This document shows, in pieces, positions 39,350-49,500 of a stretch of 64,000 nucleotides of DNA (its first letter is position 1; each line of letters begins with the position of its first letter). Under the pieces are notes generated by a model. It did no database searches and was not told the DNA's origin. It worked only from the letters and a program-made list of their open reading frames with translations. This stretch comes from Desulfatiglandales bacterium (lineage in GTDB: Bacteria; Desulfobacterota; DSM-4660; Desulfatiglandales; HGW-15), in contig CAXXJJ010000004.1 in assembly GCA_963667015.2 (NCBI GenBank), positions 3,840,001 through 3,904,000 of the forward strand, read 5' to 3'. A program made the translations under genes and the position numbers.

Positions 39350-39754
39350 ATGAAACGTATTTATGGAATTCTGGCCATTGCATTATTAAGTGTTTTTTTT
39401 GTTTTTGGCTGCGGCTCAGACGGCAGTTCCGTTTTAAAAAAACAGATTAAGGCCAGCGAAAATTATATAAATGGAATGTCAGATGCAAAAAGTGCCGATG
39501 ATGTGGTTAAGGTCATTGATAATTTTACAGAAGATATGATTGCGCTGCTCCCGGAACTGCAGGAGTTTGAGAAAAAATATCCAGGATACAGGGAAGGCAG
39601 GGTACCGGAACTGGAGGAAGACGTCAAGGCCATGGAAGAGGTCTCCCAAAAAATGTCAGGCGCCATGAGTAACATGATGAAGTATATGATGGACCCCAAG
39701 GTTCAGGCAGCAATGACCCGGATGGGCGAGGAAATGAGTAAACTTGAAGATTAG
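39350..39754 (+). CDS. Hypothetical lipoprotein
   Basis: Signal peptide with lipobox VFGC and a helical, Met-rich body. Confidence 0.7.
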   Translation: MKRIYGILAIALLSVFFVFGCGSDGSSVLKKQIKASENYINGMSDAKSADDVVKVIDNFTEDMIALLPELQEFEKKYPGYREGRVPELEEDVKAMEEVSQKMSGAMSNMMKYMMDPKVQAAMTRMGEEMSKLED

Positions 39755-39842
39755 TGTGACCAGTTTATATTGAGGGGCAGGGCATCCCTGCCTCTTGATT
39801 AAACAAATTAAAAAATACACACATCCTATATTGATATAAAAA

Positions 39843-40355
39843 TTAATCCTCCGACACTTCCTTGAGATACCTGAACAACGCCTTTGATGCCTTTGTTCCC
39901 CTGTTCTCCTCAAATTCCTTTTTTGCATTCCTGGCAAGCTGTGTCAGATGCTGACGTTCCGACACGGGGCATTCAGTCAGTATATCGTTGATCAGTTCTA
40001 TATTTCCGGACCTGAGCCGATCCCTCCATCCTTCAATCTTTTTAAAGGCGGCTTTCTGTTCATAGTCACCCCTGTCGATGACCTCCAGAGCCCGTTCAAT
40101 GGAGGTTATATCAATATTCCGCAGCAATGAGCCAATATATTTTATCTGACGGCGCCGTGCACCGTGAGTGGTCGTTCTGCATGCAAGAAGCACCTCTTCA
40201 AGAATATCCTCTGGCAGATCCATGCGTTCAAGCTGGTTTTCCGAAAGCTCTACCAGTCTCTCACCGATCGCCTGCCGTGCATGGTCTTCTTTTTTCCGTT
40301 TTGTCTTACTTACAGGGGCTTCAATGGTGTCATTATCATCTGTTGGTGATGTCAT
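39843..40355 (-). CDS. yjgA: Ribosome biogenesis factor YjgA/DarP (DUF615)
   Basis: SKTKRKKE, GERLVEL, RRQIKYIGSLLR, IEGWRDRL and LFRYLKE motifs. Confidence 0.9.
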   Translation of the reverse strand: MTSPTDDNDTIEAPVSKTKRKKEDHARQAIGERLVELSENQLERMDLPEDILEEVLLACRTTTHGARRRQIKYIGSLLRNIDITSIERALEVIDRGDYEQKAAFKKIEGWRDRLRSGNIELINDILTECPVSERQHLTQLARNAKKEFEENRGTKASKALFRYLKEVSED

Positions 40356-40561
40356 CTGTTATGTTCCTGTTCAATTCTTCGTATTGGTTGCCTTACCACC
40401 GTTTTAATATAATGGGTCTTTGCCTGTTTAATTGATAAACCATATATTCCCCCTGTTTTGCAAACTATGACCCAATTGCCGACTGACCGAATTTATTTTA
40501 CATTTATCAGTCTTAAAAAGTATAGAGAAATAATGGATAACTATGTAGCGTTACATAATTA

Positions 40562-41533
40562 TTATCGGCAACTCCTGCTGAATATCTTCGAAACAGCAGA
40601 AGTGGTTACTCCAAGCTGGCGTGCGGTTTCCGCAAGGGTCAGTCCGTAATACTTGGGCAATAACCTTGCAAGATACGACCTGACTTCCGGGATCTCTCCC
40701 CTGCGGCTTCCTCCTTTCAGCTCTGCTACATTAACTTTCTTATTTTTACATATCTCGCAAATCAAATTATTTGCATCAATTACCCGTTTATTTACGGGTA
40801 GCTGGGTACTAACCTTGTTATCCGCCTCGCTGATAATACGTTCCACAAACTCATTTTTGCCCAGTATCCGGTCATCACAACGTACATTATCATTGTTTTT
40901 ACGGGCAGAGACAACCTGCGACCACCCTCCAAGAGTGCGTACAAGGCCACCGCCCACCAGATCATCCCTGCGCCCTTCCGAGATCCCATCCTTCACAAAA
41001 TCCTTATATTTTTTAATGGAATCTTTTTTAAACATTCCAAACCAGGATAAAACATAATTAATATTTTGCCAGTCCCGGTTTTCCTTTCCCATGATCGTGC
41101 TATGACCGCACCAGGGATATTTATCAAGTGAAGCCATATTCTTAACAGTTCCTGCCCTTAGAGGATTCAGGTGTATATATCTTACAAGTTCTTTAAAATA
41201 AGCGTCTTTATCGCAAACGATTGACTTGTATCGGTTTTGAAAGACATGACCATATCGTTTATGGCGTTTATTGAATGTAATGGCATAACCGGTAAGAAGA
41301 CGGCGCATGAAGTGCGACAGCCCGTTACTGCCGCTCTTAATAAGCATGTGCATATGGTTTGTCATCAGTGCCCATGCATAGATATCTGTCTTTGTTTCAA
41401 TGGAGAGGTTTCCCATGCGGGATATCATACTTTTTCTATCAATATCATCCCTAACAATATTTTGAGCTTCAATCCCACGAACTATAACATGGTGAAGTGT
41501 TCCGGGTGAATCCAGTCTTGCCTGTCTTGGCAT
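40562..41533 (-). CDS. REP-associated tyrosine transposase (RAYT) with a C-terminal HTH
   Basis: MPRQARLD, HHVIVRG, LMTNHMHM (HUH), GHVFQNRYKS, YIHLNP and YPWCGH motifs, then a C-terminal LAETARQLGV. Confidence 0.9.
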   Translation of the reverse strand: MPRQARLDSPGTLHHVIVRGIEAQNIVRDDIDRKSMISRMGNLSIETKTDIYAWALMTNHMHMLIKSGSNGLSHFMRRLLTGYAITFNKRHKRYGHVFQNRYKSIVCDKDAYFKELVRYIHLNPLRAGTVKNMASLDKYPWCGHSTIMGKENRDWQNINYVLSWFGMFKKDSIKKYKDFVKDGISEGRRDDLVGGGLVRTLGGWSQVVSARKNNDNVRCDDRILGKNEFVERIISEADNKVSTQLPVNKRVIDANNLICEICKNKKVNVAELKGGSRRGEIPEVRSYLARLLPKYYGLTLAETARQLGVTTSAVSKIFSRSCR

Positions 41534-41597
41534 CCTGTCGGCTCCTGTAATTATTGATGAAAAGATAATGACAGCTTAGCGGAGTCAGTCACGCTAG

Positions 41598-41765
41598 TCA
41601 ACAACGTCCCGAACTGGCTTTTTCCTTGTTCCGAAGGCCCTTAAGAGATGGCAGGAGGCTGTATACGGCCGGTTCTTCAAGTGCGGCATTTAGTCCCTGC
41701 TCGTTAGTCCGCAACTCCATATAACTGTTAAAAAATTCCGGATTGTCATATATGTTTTGTTTCAT
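41598..41765 (-). pseudogene. N-terminal fragment of a class I SAM-dependent methyltransferase
   Basis: Manual translation MKQNIYDNPEFFNSYMELRTNEQGLNAALEEPAVYSLLPSLKGLR breaks just before the expected LDLGCG motif. Confidence 0.7.
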
Positions 41766-41773
41766 ATTGCTAT

Positions 41774-41915
41774 TTACTTAATTAATATATCATTTAGCGT
41801 TAATCTTTTTCTCGGTCCGGGAGATTCAGCCGGGTATCCCAAAGGCAGTAATGCAACAACGTAAAGATTGTCACCCCACCCGAATAATTCTTTAATTTCC
41901 TGTTCATAAAGAGCT
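41774..41915 (-). pseudogene. C-terminal fragment of a nitroreductase
   Basis: Manual translation EIKELFG..LYVVALLPLGYPAESPGPRKRLTLNDIL*. Confidence 0.7.
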
Positions 41916-41949
41916 TTGTTTGTGTTCTGCTACTATGTCGAAAAATATA

Positions 41950-42699
41950 TTATTGAGTTGGAGCTTTTTTATTATCAATGGCCCAGTTCAGGATGTTTTT
42001 CATATTGCCTGCTTCTTCTTCAATTTGTGCGGTTCCATTTATAGAATAACCATGACCGGGAACAATAATTTCCGGATTAAGTTTCTTCAATATATCGACG
42101 GACTTTAACCATATCTTCCAGTCAGCCACGCTGCCGGCCTCTAGATTGGGAATATATCCGGTAACAATACAGTCACCGCAGTATAAGACGCCATCCGAAG
42201 AAACAAACAGTGAAATATTCTGTGGGGTATGGCCCGGTGTTGAAAGTACCGTCACATTAACATCTCCCAGGTCAATGTTTTGGTCAGGTAATAACTCCCT
42301 GTTTGGATTTGCCAGTTCAGTATTGTAATAGAAGACATCCGCTTCCTGCTTATTTCGTCTTACTTCATTTGGAATTGTATTGTTTAATTCTTCTTTATTC
42401 TGCTGAAATTCCTCCAGGGATCTTTTGACACCTGGATATGCATAAACATCTATATTTTTACTGATAAAAAAACTGTTTCCGCCTATATGATCAAAATGCG
42501 GTTCGGTATTAACAACTATCAGTTTATTGCCCGGCTTTGCACAAAGGGCATAGCCATATATAGTTTGAGCGGAAAGGTAATTTGACCCGGTATCCACTAT
42601 TAAGGTTGTATGCCGCCCCACGATAAATCCGGCATTTACTGTCCAGGGCGGCTCCACGGAAAGGCCTGAAATTAAATAGCAGTGTTGAGATATTTTCAT
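41950..42699 (-). CDS. MBL-fold metallo-hydrolase
   Basis: VDTG, TEPHFDHIGGN, TPGHT, GDC and VPGHG motifs. Confidence 0.85.
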   Translation of the reverse strand: MKISQHCYLISGLSVEPPWTVNAGFIVGRHTTLIVDTGSNYLSAQTIYGYALCAKPGNKLIVVNTEPHFDHIGGNSFFISKNIDVYAYPGVKRSLEEFQQNKEELNNTIPNEVRRNKQEADVFYYNTELANPNRELLPDQNIDLGDVNVTVLSTPGHTPQNISLFVSSDGVLYCGDCIVTGYIPNLEAGSVADWKIWLKSVDILKKLNPEIIVPGHGYSINGTAQIEEEAGNMKNILNWAIDNKKAPTQ

Positions 42700-42765
42700 T
42701 TGATATTATCCAATCTGATTATTCCTCATAATGTGTGACTCAGGGGCAGACAGGTTTATACGCTG

Positions 42766-43437
42766 TTACTCCAGGCAGTCTGTTATAGCCCTGATTGTGT
42801 CAATCACCTGATCTCTTGTCGAAAGAAAATCTGCTTTCGAATTCCTGGGTGTATTGCCATCATAGATTCTTAATGTCCTTAGTCCAATCCTTGCTGCGCC
42901 ACCTATATCAGCAATTTCAGAGTCTCCAACCATTAAAACTTCTTCAGGTTTCAAACCCATTTTATCCAGGGTGTCCATGAAAGCCTCCCTGCCTGGTTTG
43001 CGATAGCCAATTTCACAGGACCAGGTTATGCAATCAAAATAATCACTTAAACCTTTATTAATCAAATCATCATGAAATATCCGGGCCGGCCCTGTCATAT
43101 TCCCCAATAAAGCAAGTTTTATAGATTTTCCTCTCAATTCTGAAAGAAGAGGTTTTGTGTAATCATAAATCTTATTTTGATCTGCAAATGATCTTAAATG
43201 CTGAATGCCTATTTCTTCCTTAAAATTTACACCATACTTGCTAAAAGCTTCTTTCCAAACCTTTAGCCAGGCCGGTTGGTCCTTTTGTTCAGGAGTATAT
43301 AAATCTAAAATTATTTTTTCGATTTCATTTCCTATTTCAAAAGCCTTATTATGGTTAAAAACTGATACTAACGCATCACTCAAGCTGGGTGATTCAACGA
43401 GTGTGTTCCCATAATCGAAAATGATACCTTTTATCAT
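42766..43437 (-). CDS. HAD-family hydrolase
   Basis: IIFDYGNTL, GYRKP and MVGDSEIADIGGA motifs. Confidence 0.85.
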   Translation of the reverse strand: MIKGIIFDYGNTLVESPSLSDALVSVFNHNKAFEIGNEIEKIILDLYTPEQKDQPAWLKVWKEAFSKYGVNFKEEIGIQHLRSFADQNKIYDYTKPLLSELRGKSIKLALLGNMTGPARIFHDDLINKGLSDYFDCITWSCEIGYRKPGREAFMDTLDKMGLKPEEVLMVGDSEIADIGGAARIGLRTLRIYDGNTPRNSKADFLSTRDQVIDTIRAITDCLE

Positions 43438-43618
43438 CCTGTTTACCTTTCTATGCTCCACGCCTCAACGATGTGAATTAAATATCAAGAAGCATCTCAT
43501 CGTTCGATTGCTGCACATGCCCTTGATACTGGTTATTCGATTTTGCCATTAATTATTGCGGACATATAATTTAAAGGGTTTTTACCTAATCAAGGTTTCC
43601 GCAAACCTGTTTAATGCA

Positions 43619-44167
43619 CTATGAATTTTTTTGATAATCAGATTTAAGCAATGAATACTCTACATGATCAACAAAATGATCATATAGCCATTGATTTTGT
43701 CTTAAAATGCCGTCCGGTTTAAAACCCAGCCGCTCAGCTACTGATCTGCTTTTCTTATTCTCTGTTGCACAGTGAATAACTATTTTATTTAATCCAAGGC
43801 TATCAAATCCTGTTTGTATGAGTTTTTCATTCACCCTCGTCATAATGCCATTGCCTTCAGCATCCCTGCTTAACCAGTATCCGAGCTCTCCGATACTATT
43901 TATTTTATTTAAAGGTAAAAAACCTGAAATACCAGCAAGTTGGTTATTGTAAAATATCCCGACCTGAAAGCCCAGGTCATCAGCATACTGCTGCATCGTC
44001 CTCTGGATAAAATTTTCAATATCCTTTATGCTTTTGGTATCATCAACCCATTGCAGCCACTTCCTGAGATGCTCCCGATTTTTTTCAACCAGTGCAAACA
44101 AATCCTTTGAATGCAAAAGATGTAAAAGCTCTATGTGGAGATCTGATTCTATTTGTATACTGAACAT
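43619..44167 (-). CDS. RimJ/RimL-family GNAT acetyltransferase
   Basis: NREHLRKWLQW, ELGYWL, GNGIMT and NKKSRSVAERLGF motifs. Confidence 0.88.
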   Translation of the reverse strand: MFSIQIESDLHIELLHLLHSKDLFALVEKNREHLRKWLQWVDDTKSIKDIENFIQRTMQQYADDLGFQVGIFYNNQLAGISGFLPLNKINSIGELGYWLSRDAEGNGIMTRVNEKLIQTGFDSLGLNKIVIHCATENKKSRSVAERLGFKPDGILRQNQWLYDHFVDHVEYSLLKSDYQKNS

Positions 44168-44228
44168 TTTTCACTCATTTCTTTTATAATATTTTGTATT
44201 ACGTTCCGGTTGAGGTTTGTCTTGCTGA

Positions 44229-44411
44229 TCAGTATAGATACCCTTGCGTGTTTTCAATAACCTGTCGAATTTTATTTTCTGTGAATTCGGTATGGATATA
44301 TTTTGAGATTTTATCGAATACCCCGGTAGCGGCATAGGTATCTACCCATACACACATTCCTACTGCAGAAATATTCAGGGCATCAGAATTTATTGCTTTC
44401 CTTATTTCCAT
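44229..44411 (-). pseudogene. 3'-truncated GNAT acetyltransferase
   Basis: MEIRKA..DALNISAVGMCVWVDTYA is a GNAT-type N-terminus, but the ORF is only about 60 aa. Confidence 0.55.
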
Positions 44412-44498
44412 AGTATTACACACACAACACCCAGGCTTCTCCAACTCTAAGAATATAACTAACTGACAACCGGGATGCTTTTCGCTAAATCCCTTTGA

Positions 44499-45068
44499 TT
44501 ATATTTTCTCAGGTTCCCATGGGTCTACTTTAATTTGAGGCCATCGTTCCAGAAAGTCTGCTGTTATTTTATTATAGTTTTTTTCACTCATTATTTTTTT
44601 ATTCGGTCTAATATGCATGCTAACAGTATCCTGCAGACCAAATGGCGCAAAGACTTTATATTTATCTTCTTCTTTTCGAATACCTAATGCAAATGCTGGA
44701 ATCCACGATAAAAAGACCTCTTCCACACTTTTATATGGTGCGATCTCATTGCCAAATTTACCAGGATACCATTTATGAACAAATACCTGATTTTTAACAT
44801 CAACAGGAATACCGTGTTTTAATCTTTTGTTGATTGCTGTTTCATGTATTTCTTCCTGGTCTCTTTCTTCTTCACAAAAATATATTACATCAAAATCTAT
44901 TACTTTTTTCAGCAATGGAAAGTTTAGCAAACTATTCCATATGCATTGGGTAATGGCACCGCCGGCAAGATAATAATTACGTAAGCCATATTCAGCGCAC
45001 ACTGATAATGTTTCTTCAATTTCAGGAGACTGTCGAATTATTGAAATTATATAATCTTCCATCTTCAA
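44499..45068 (-). CDS. Nucleotidyltransferase-family protein (DUF925-like)
   Basis: YLAGGAITQCIWN, DFDVIYF, VDVKNQ..VHKWY, APFGL and RWP motifs. Confidence 0.8.
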   Translation of the reverse strand: MKMEDYIISIIRQSPEIEETLSVCAEYGLRNYYLAGGAITQCIWNSLLNFPLLKKVIDFDVIYFCEEERDQEEIHETAINKRLKHGIPVDVKNQVFVHKWYPGKFGNEIAPYKSVEEVFLSWIPAFALGIRKEEDKYKVFAPFGLQDTVSMHIRPNKKIMSEKNYNKITADFLERWPQIKVDPWEPEKI

Positions 45069-45125
45069 CCGCCAGGATATTGCTTAACAAGCAATGGATA
45101 CTACGGAGTCTTGCGGAACTAAAAG

Positions 45126-45584
45126 TTACATGCCTTTTAACATGCCACCATGGTAATAGAGAACGTACACTTCTTCGTTTTTTTAAAATATTTTTTCAAT
45201 CCCATGGAAATGTTTAAAAGATCCATATTGCTGATTCTCGTATCGATAATTTTGATTTTCAAAAAACGCAGGGCCTCTAAACGGATATTCAGGTGTAATT
45301 AATCGCATTGCTTCCCTGAGAAAAGAGTATGTTTTATTCGGATCTGATCCACTTGGTAAAATCTCTCCAAAATAGTTCATAATCCAAAGTAGCTCACTGC
45401 CTTCTCCGAATACTTTTTCAGAGCCAGCAAAGGGATTGAAACCATTAAACTGATCTAAATACCGATATCCGCCGGAAGTAATTTCAAAACCAACAGAACC
45501 ATCATCAAACTTCACTTCTTTTCCTTGTTCGTTGCCTGCGTAACTGGATAATTTAGATTGCAGGATGAAATCGATTAAGTTCAT
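45126..45584 (-). pseudogene. DUF5680-like protein with a premature TAA near the C-terminus
   Basis: PFAGSE, WIMNYFG, FLREAM and PFRGP motifs. Reading through the TAA at 45183-45185 gives KNEEVYVLYYHGGMLKGM*, the expected family ending. Confidence 0.7.
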
Positions 45585-45615
45585 TTATATTTTTCCTTTT
45601 GTAATGCCCTGGTGC

Positions 45616-45679
45616 CTGTAACGCTTTGGCTCAGGAGTAATGTGCTTTTCACGCTGTCACCTGTAGCCGGTTGATACAT
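45616..45679 (-). other. attC-like integron recombination site
   Basis: Coding strand reads ATGTATC-AACC-GGCTACAGG...CCTGAGCC-AAAGC-GTTACAG. The L-box pair has one extrahelical base, R' contains GTT, and R'' has AAC changed to ATC. Confidence 0.7.
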
Positions 45680-45681
45680 AT

Positions 45682-46203
45682 CTATTTTGATTTAATTAAC
45701 TTTAAACAAATATCTTTGAAGGCCTTAACATTACTATTTGATACAGGTAGCAATGCTTTTTCCCTCATTTTTATTTCGTATTCCTGTGCATCTCTACGGT
45801 CAACATACTCCAGGCCAGGTTTTAATAGGATAAATTTTAAGATATCCTGATTTGGATTTATTTTAGACATTTCTATGAGAAAAAATTCCGGGCGGGCTCG
45901 AATGGTGCTGCTCAGAATTGCTATTAGATCTTCGAGTAATCCACCATCAGATTTCTGAATGAGCCTGTAGGTGAGTTTTATAGCTTCTGTATCACATGCA
46001 AGGACCTGATTGCGCAATATTGCTAGATCTGGAGACCTATACCCATAATTTTCAGGAATTGTACCCGGAGTATATTCGATATTTAGAACTTTAGTGGCAT
46101 TCCCTGAATTTGGTAGAGATAAATAGTTCTCCCATGGAGTTCCTGCAAATGCTGAGCTACACAATAGGGCAAATAATAAAATTGTATATGTTAGTTTTTT
46201 CAT
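45682..46203 (-). CDS. Hypothetical exported protein (cassette gene)
   Basis: Signal peptide MKKLTYTILLFALLCSSAFA. Bounded by attC-like sites. Confidence 0.7.
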   Translation of the reverse strand: MKKLTYTILLFALLCSSAFAGTPWENYLSLPNSGNATKVLNIEYTPGTIPENYGYRSPDLAILRNQVLACDTEAIKLTYRLIQKSDGGLLEDLIAILSSTIRARPEFFLIEMSKINPNQDILKFILLKPGLEYVDRRDAQEYEIKMREKALLPVSNSNVKAFKDICLKLIKSK

Positions 46204-46206
46204 ATC

Positions 46207-46267
46207 TTGTAACATATGGTTTAACCGGCAAGGCGGAACGTCTTGCCGGCGTTAAAACTTTTAGGGA
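46207..46267 (-). other. attC-like integron recombination site
   Basis: Coding strand reads GTTTTAAC-GCCGGCAAG..CTTGCCGG-TTAAAC-CATAT-GTTACAA, a long imperfect hairpin ending in GTT just before the next start codon. Confidence 0.6.
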
Positions 46268-46271
46268 TTGT

Positions 46272-46475
46272 TTAAAAAAAGTATTCTAATGATACCCCAA
46301 ACACATCTGCTTCAATCCCTGTCTCAAGGTTCGGTGAAACAATAGTGTCTGAAGCGTCAATATTGTAATGTTCCCATTGAATACGGATTTTGAGATGATC
46401 TGACATCTTATATCTTAATCCCATACCATAGAGAATATCTCCCTCTGAATTTGAAGAGGAATAGGATAAATATGC
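46272..46475 (-). pseudogene. C-terminal fragment of an OmpA-like/porin-family outer-membrane beta-barrel
   Basis: Manual translation ILYGMGLRYKMSDHLKIRIQWEHY...DVFGVSLEYFF* shows amphipathic strands with a terminal Phe. Confidence 0.65.
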
Positions 46476-46516
46476 ATGTTATTAATCGGAAAGTCAAAAA
46501 AATGCATACTTTTATC

Positions 46517-46549
46517 AACGAGACTGCTCCAAAAGCAGTCCCGTTTTTT
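46517..46549. terminator. Hairpin downstream of the five-gene operon
   Basis: AACGAGACTGCT-CCAAA-AGCAGTCCCGTT. Confidence 0.55.
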
Positions 46550-46581
46550 AACCCTTTGGCGACTTTTCTTAAACCTGCAGA

Positions 46582-49500
46582 TTACTCCTGCCAGAATCTT
46601 CCGTTAAGTGTTCTGATTATTTTTACTCTGCCCTTATCATCTATTCCCACTTCCTCGCTCACACTGGATTTTTCTTCATGTTTTAGATTTCTGGAAAACA
46701 TCCTGCTTGTTATGTTGATATCATATGTCACCATATACGTGTCCTGCGGCAGTGGAGATATTTTTAAATTGGATATGCTGTACTGTATTTCATCAAAGGT
46801 CCTGAAAGTTCTGCTCAGGTTCATTTCAAGATCCGTCAGGGTTGTGCCGTCCCCGGCTTCCCAGTCTTCATCAATGAGATTCATGACCTGATAGTCATCC
46901 ATTGACTCATATGCCTTTTTGAAATCCCCGTAAAAATCTTTTATTACCTCCGGCCCTTTATCAATATCTGTATTCAGCCTGTTCTGCTCATCAATGTATT
47001 TTTCCTTCGCAAGCGCTATAAGTGCTGCAAGCTCTTTAAAGGCTTCATCGATTTTTTTATCTGTTTTATCAAGTTCTTCATACTCGATCTTTAGATCATC
47101 AGCCTGTGTACCGAGCACCATTACCGAAGAAAAATTACCCATGGCTATCTGATCGTTGCTGAACTTTATGAGATGATCGATCTTGTTTTTAAGAACAGTA
47201 AAGAGGGCATTCTCATCACCTGCTTTAGTTACTACGGCAGATATTCTCTCCTTTTTTTCTTTCAGCTTTTTGATTATCTTTTCTGCTGTTTTCTGCATAC
47301 TCGAATCAAAGCTGAAAAAATTTACAAATTTGGTTTCAGAATCTGTCATGGAAAAGATGATTCCTTCAAGGTCTTCCTTTTCCTTCAAGGCCGCATAGGC
47401 CGGCTGGTAATTTTCATAGCTGTCTACCGGCAGGTCATTGATGCCTGAAAGCACATTATTAAGGTGTTCAGGCCTGATGGAAACAGTTCCGCTATCTGTG
47501 GATATATCAATAAAGGGTTCCTTGAAGAGTGCCTCAATACCCAGGGACCTCTTTCTGCTGAAGTTAAGTATTCCGGTGCTTTCGAGTTCATCCTTTATTG
47601 TCCTGCCTGATATCCCTGTGGGGAATGTCTCGGCATTGCGTTTGGCCGAAAGGGATTTTGCCATTGCATTTGCCAGCGAATATTTCAGGCGATCCTTTGC
47701 ATTTACGAACTGCAGATATACATTTGTCAGATAAATCCTGTCTTCTTCCACCCGAGCGTTTACACCATCCGCCTGAGCAATATAGGCCTCAAGCTGCGAC
47801 GCAAGGCCTCCCGCAAGTGGCTTCAGTTTTTTATAACTGTCCATACCCTCTTTTATTATTTCCAGCATTCTTATATTCTCATCATACTCAGCCTTATATG
47901 ATTTGGAGATATCATCAGGGTCAACACTGTGAAATTCAGCAAGGGCTTTATCTACCGAATCAATAACTGTATTGATATCGTTTGTGGATTTGCTGTCTTC
48001 CATGTATTGCAGCCGGGAAATTGTCCACAGGGACCAATCTCTTATTACTGTAACTTTTGATTCTGCCACCTGTTTTAGGGTATGGTTAATCGCCTCTGTC
48101 AAATCATCCAGAATTTTCTGAAAACTGGCAGACATAGCCATATCGGGCTGTAACTGGACCAGGTCCTTCAGAAAATCAAGGTCAAGATATGCATAAACAC
48201 TGCCTGTATTTTTTGCGAGAATATCTTTTATTTCATCTATTTCCTCTTCTGATAAAAAGCCCTCTGACAATCGGCTTCCGCTGTGGCTGTTGGCGAACTC
48301 TCTATGTATTGAAAGAGCATTTTTATAACATTCTTTAAGGTATGACTGGATATTTTGGAACTTGTTGGCATAGGCCCCGATATACTGATTTATTTCATCG
48401 ATGATTTTTTCACATTGGCTTAAATCGATTGTTGCAGTATCCTGAAACATCGTGCGATAGGCATTAAATTTCGCCATGAGTTTATCACGTTCCCCTTTTA
48501 AACCGTTCAGGGTCTGCTCAAGAGTGTTCAATGTCTCCCGGAGCCGGTTAAGGGTGCTGGTTTCGGATGTTGTGGCTATTCTGTTTTTTACATCTTTTAT
48601 CTTTTCATTTATTTCATTTATTTTGTCATCAAATTCCTGAATCTTTTCATTAAATATATTTTCGTTAGCCTTATAATCCTTATCATATGAGTCCGAAAAA
48701 GTTTTACGGGTTTCCTCAATTTCTTCAAATATCTTTGCAAGCTCCCCGGGAGGCAGTCCCGCCTTAACATCGGCTTCGATGGCCGGTAAATAGTCTTCAA
48801 AAAATTTAGGACATGGATACCTTGTGAATTCAAATAACTGTCCCTGAACCGCAAGGGTCTTAACCTCCTCTTCAAGGCGGGTATTTATCAATTCTATTGA
48901 CACGTTGTTTTTTAAATTGAAAAGCATTGTATAAGAATCTTTTAATTTCTCAAGAAGCGATTGCCTCATGCTCCCGTGGCTGCCTTTGGTGGGAAGATAC
49001 TTCACATAGCTCATACAGGCAACTATCTCTTTCATGTCCTTTGGAAGCTTTTCCACCCTCATTTTTTCCAGTTCAACAGCCGTAGCCTTTTTACCGGTCT
49101 CCTCGTATTGCCGGATTTTTTCGGGCAGAGATTCAACATACTTCTGAATATCCGGAAGTCTTTTCAGTGCGGTCTGATAAAGTGAAAGGGCCTTTCTCAA
49201 TTCTTCTGGACTGATCTTGCCTGCCATAGCCCTGATAGCCTGCGACTGTTTGGCCACCACAACCCTGGCTTCCTGTTTTTGGGCTACCTTATTCAGTTCG
49301 AGCAAGAGAGAAGTGATATGGGATTTGAGCCGGTTTTTTTCTGCAAGGATAGCAGCCTCTTCCAGAAAATCATTATCTACTGTCAACCTATCCCACAGAG
49401 AAGGCTCCGGCCAGTCCTGGCCAAGCTCTGTTGTTACATAGGTCTTGAACAGGGCGGACCATGACTGCTCCCTGAGGCATTTTCTGAAAAGGTGCTCAAC

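Noticed and set aside
45183..45185. Programmed stop-codon readthrough in the DUF5680-like gene
   Set aside because: The codon is TAA, in an A/T run within a decaying array. A nonsense mutation or sequencing error is simpler.
46451..46891. 146-aa plus-strand ORF as an immunity gene for the giant protein
   Set aside because: It lies mostly antisense to the conserved C-terminal domain of B2 and has no recognisable features.
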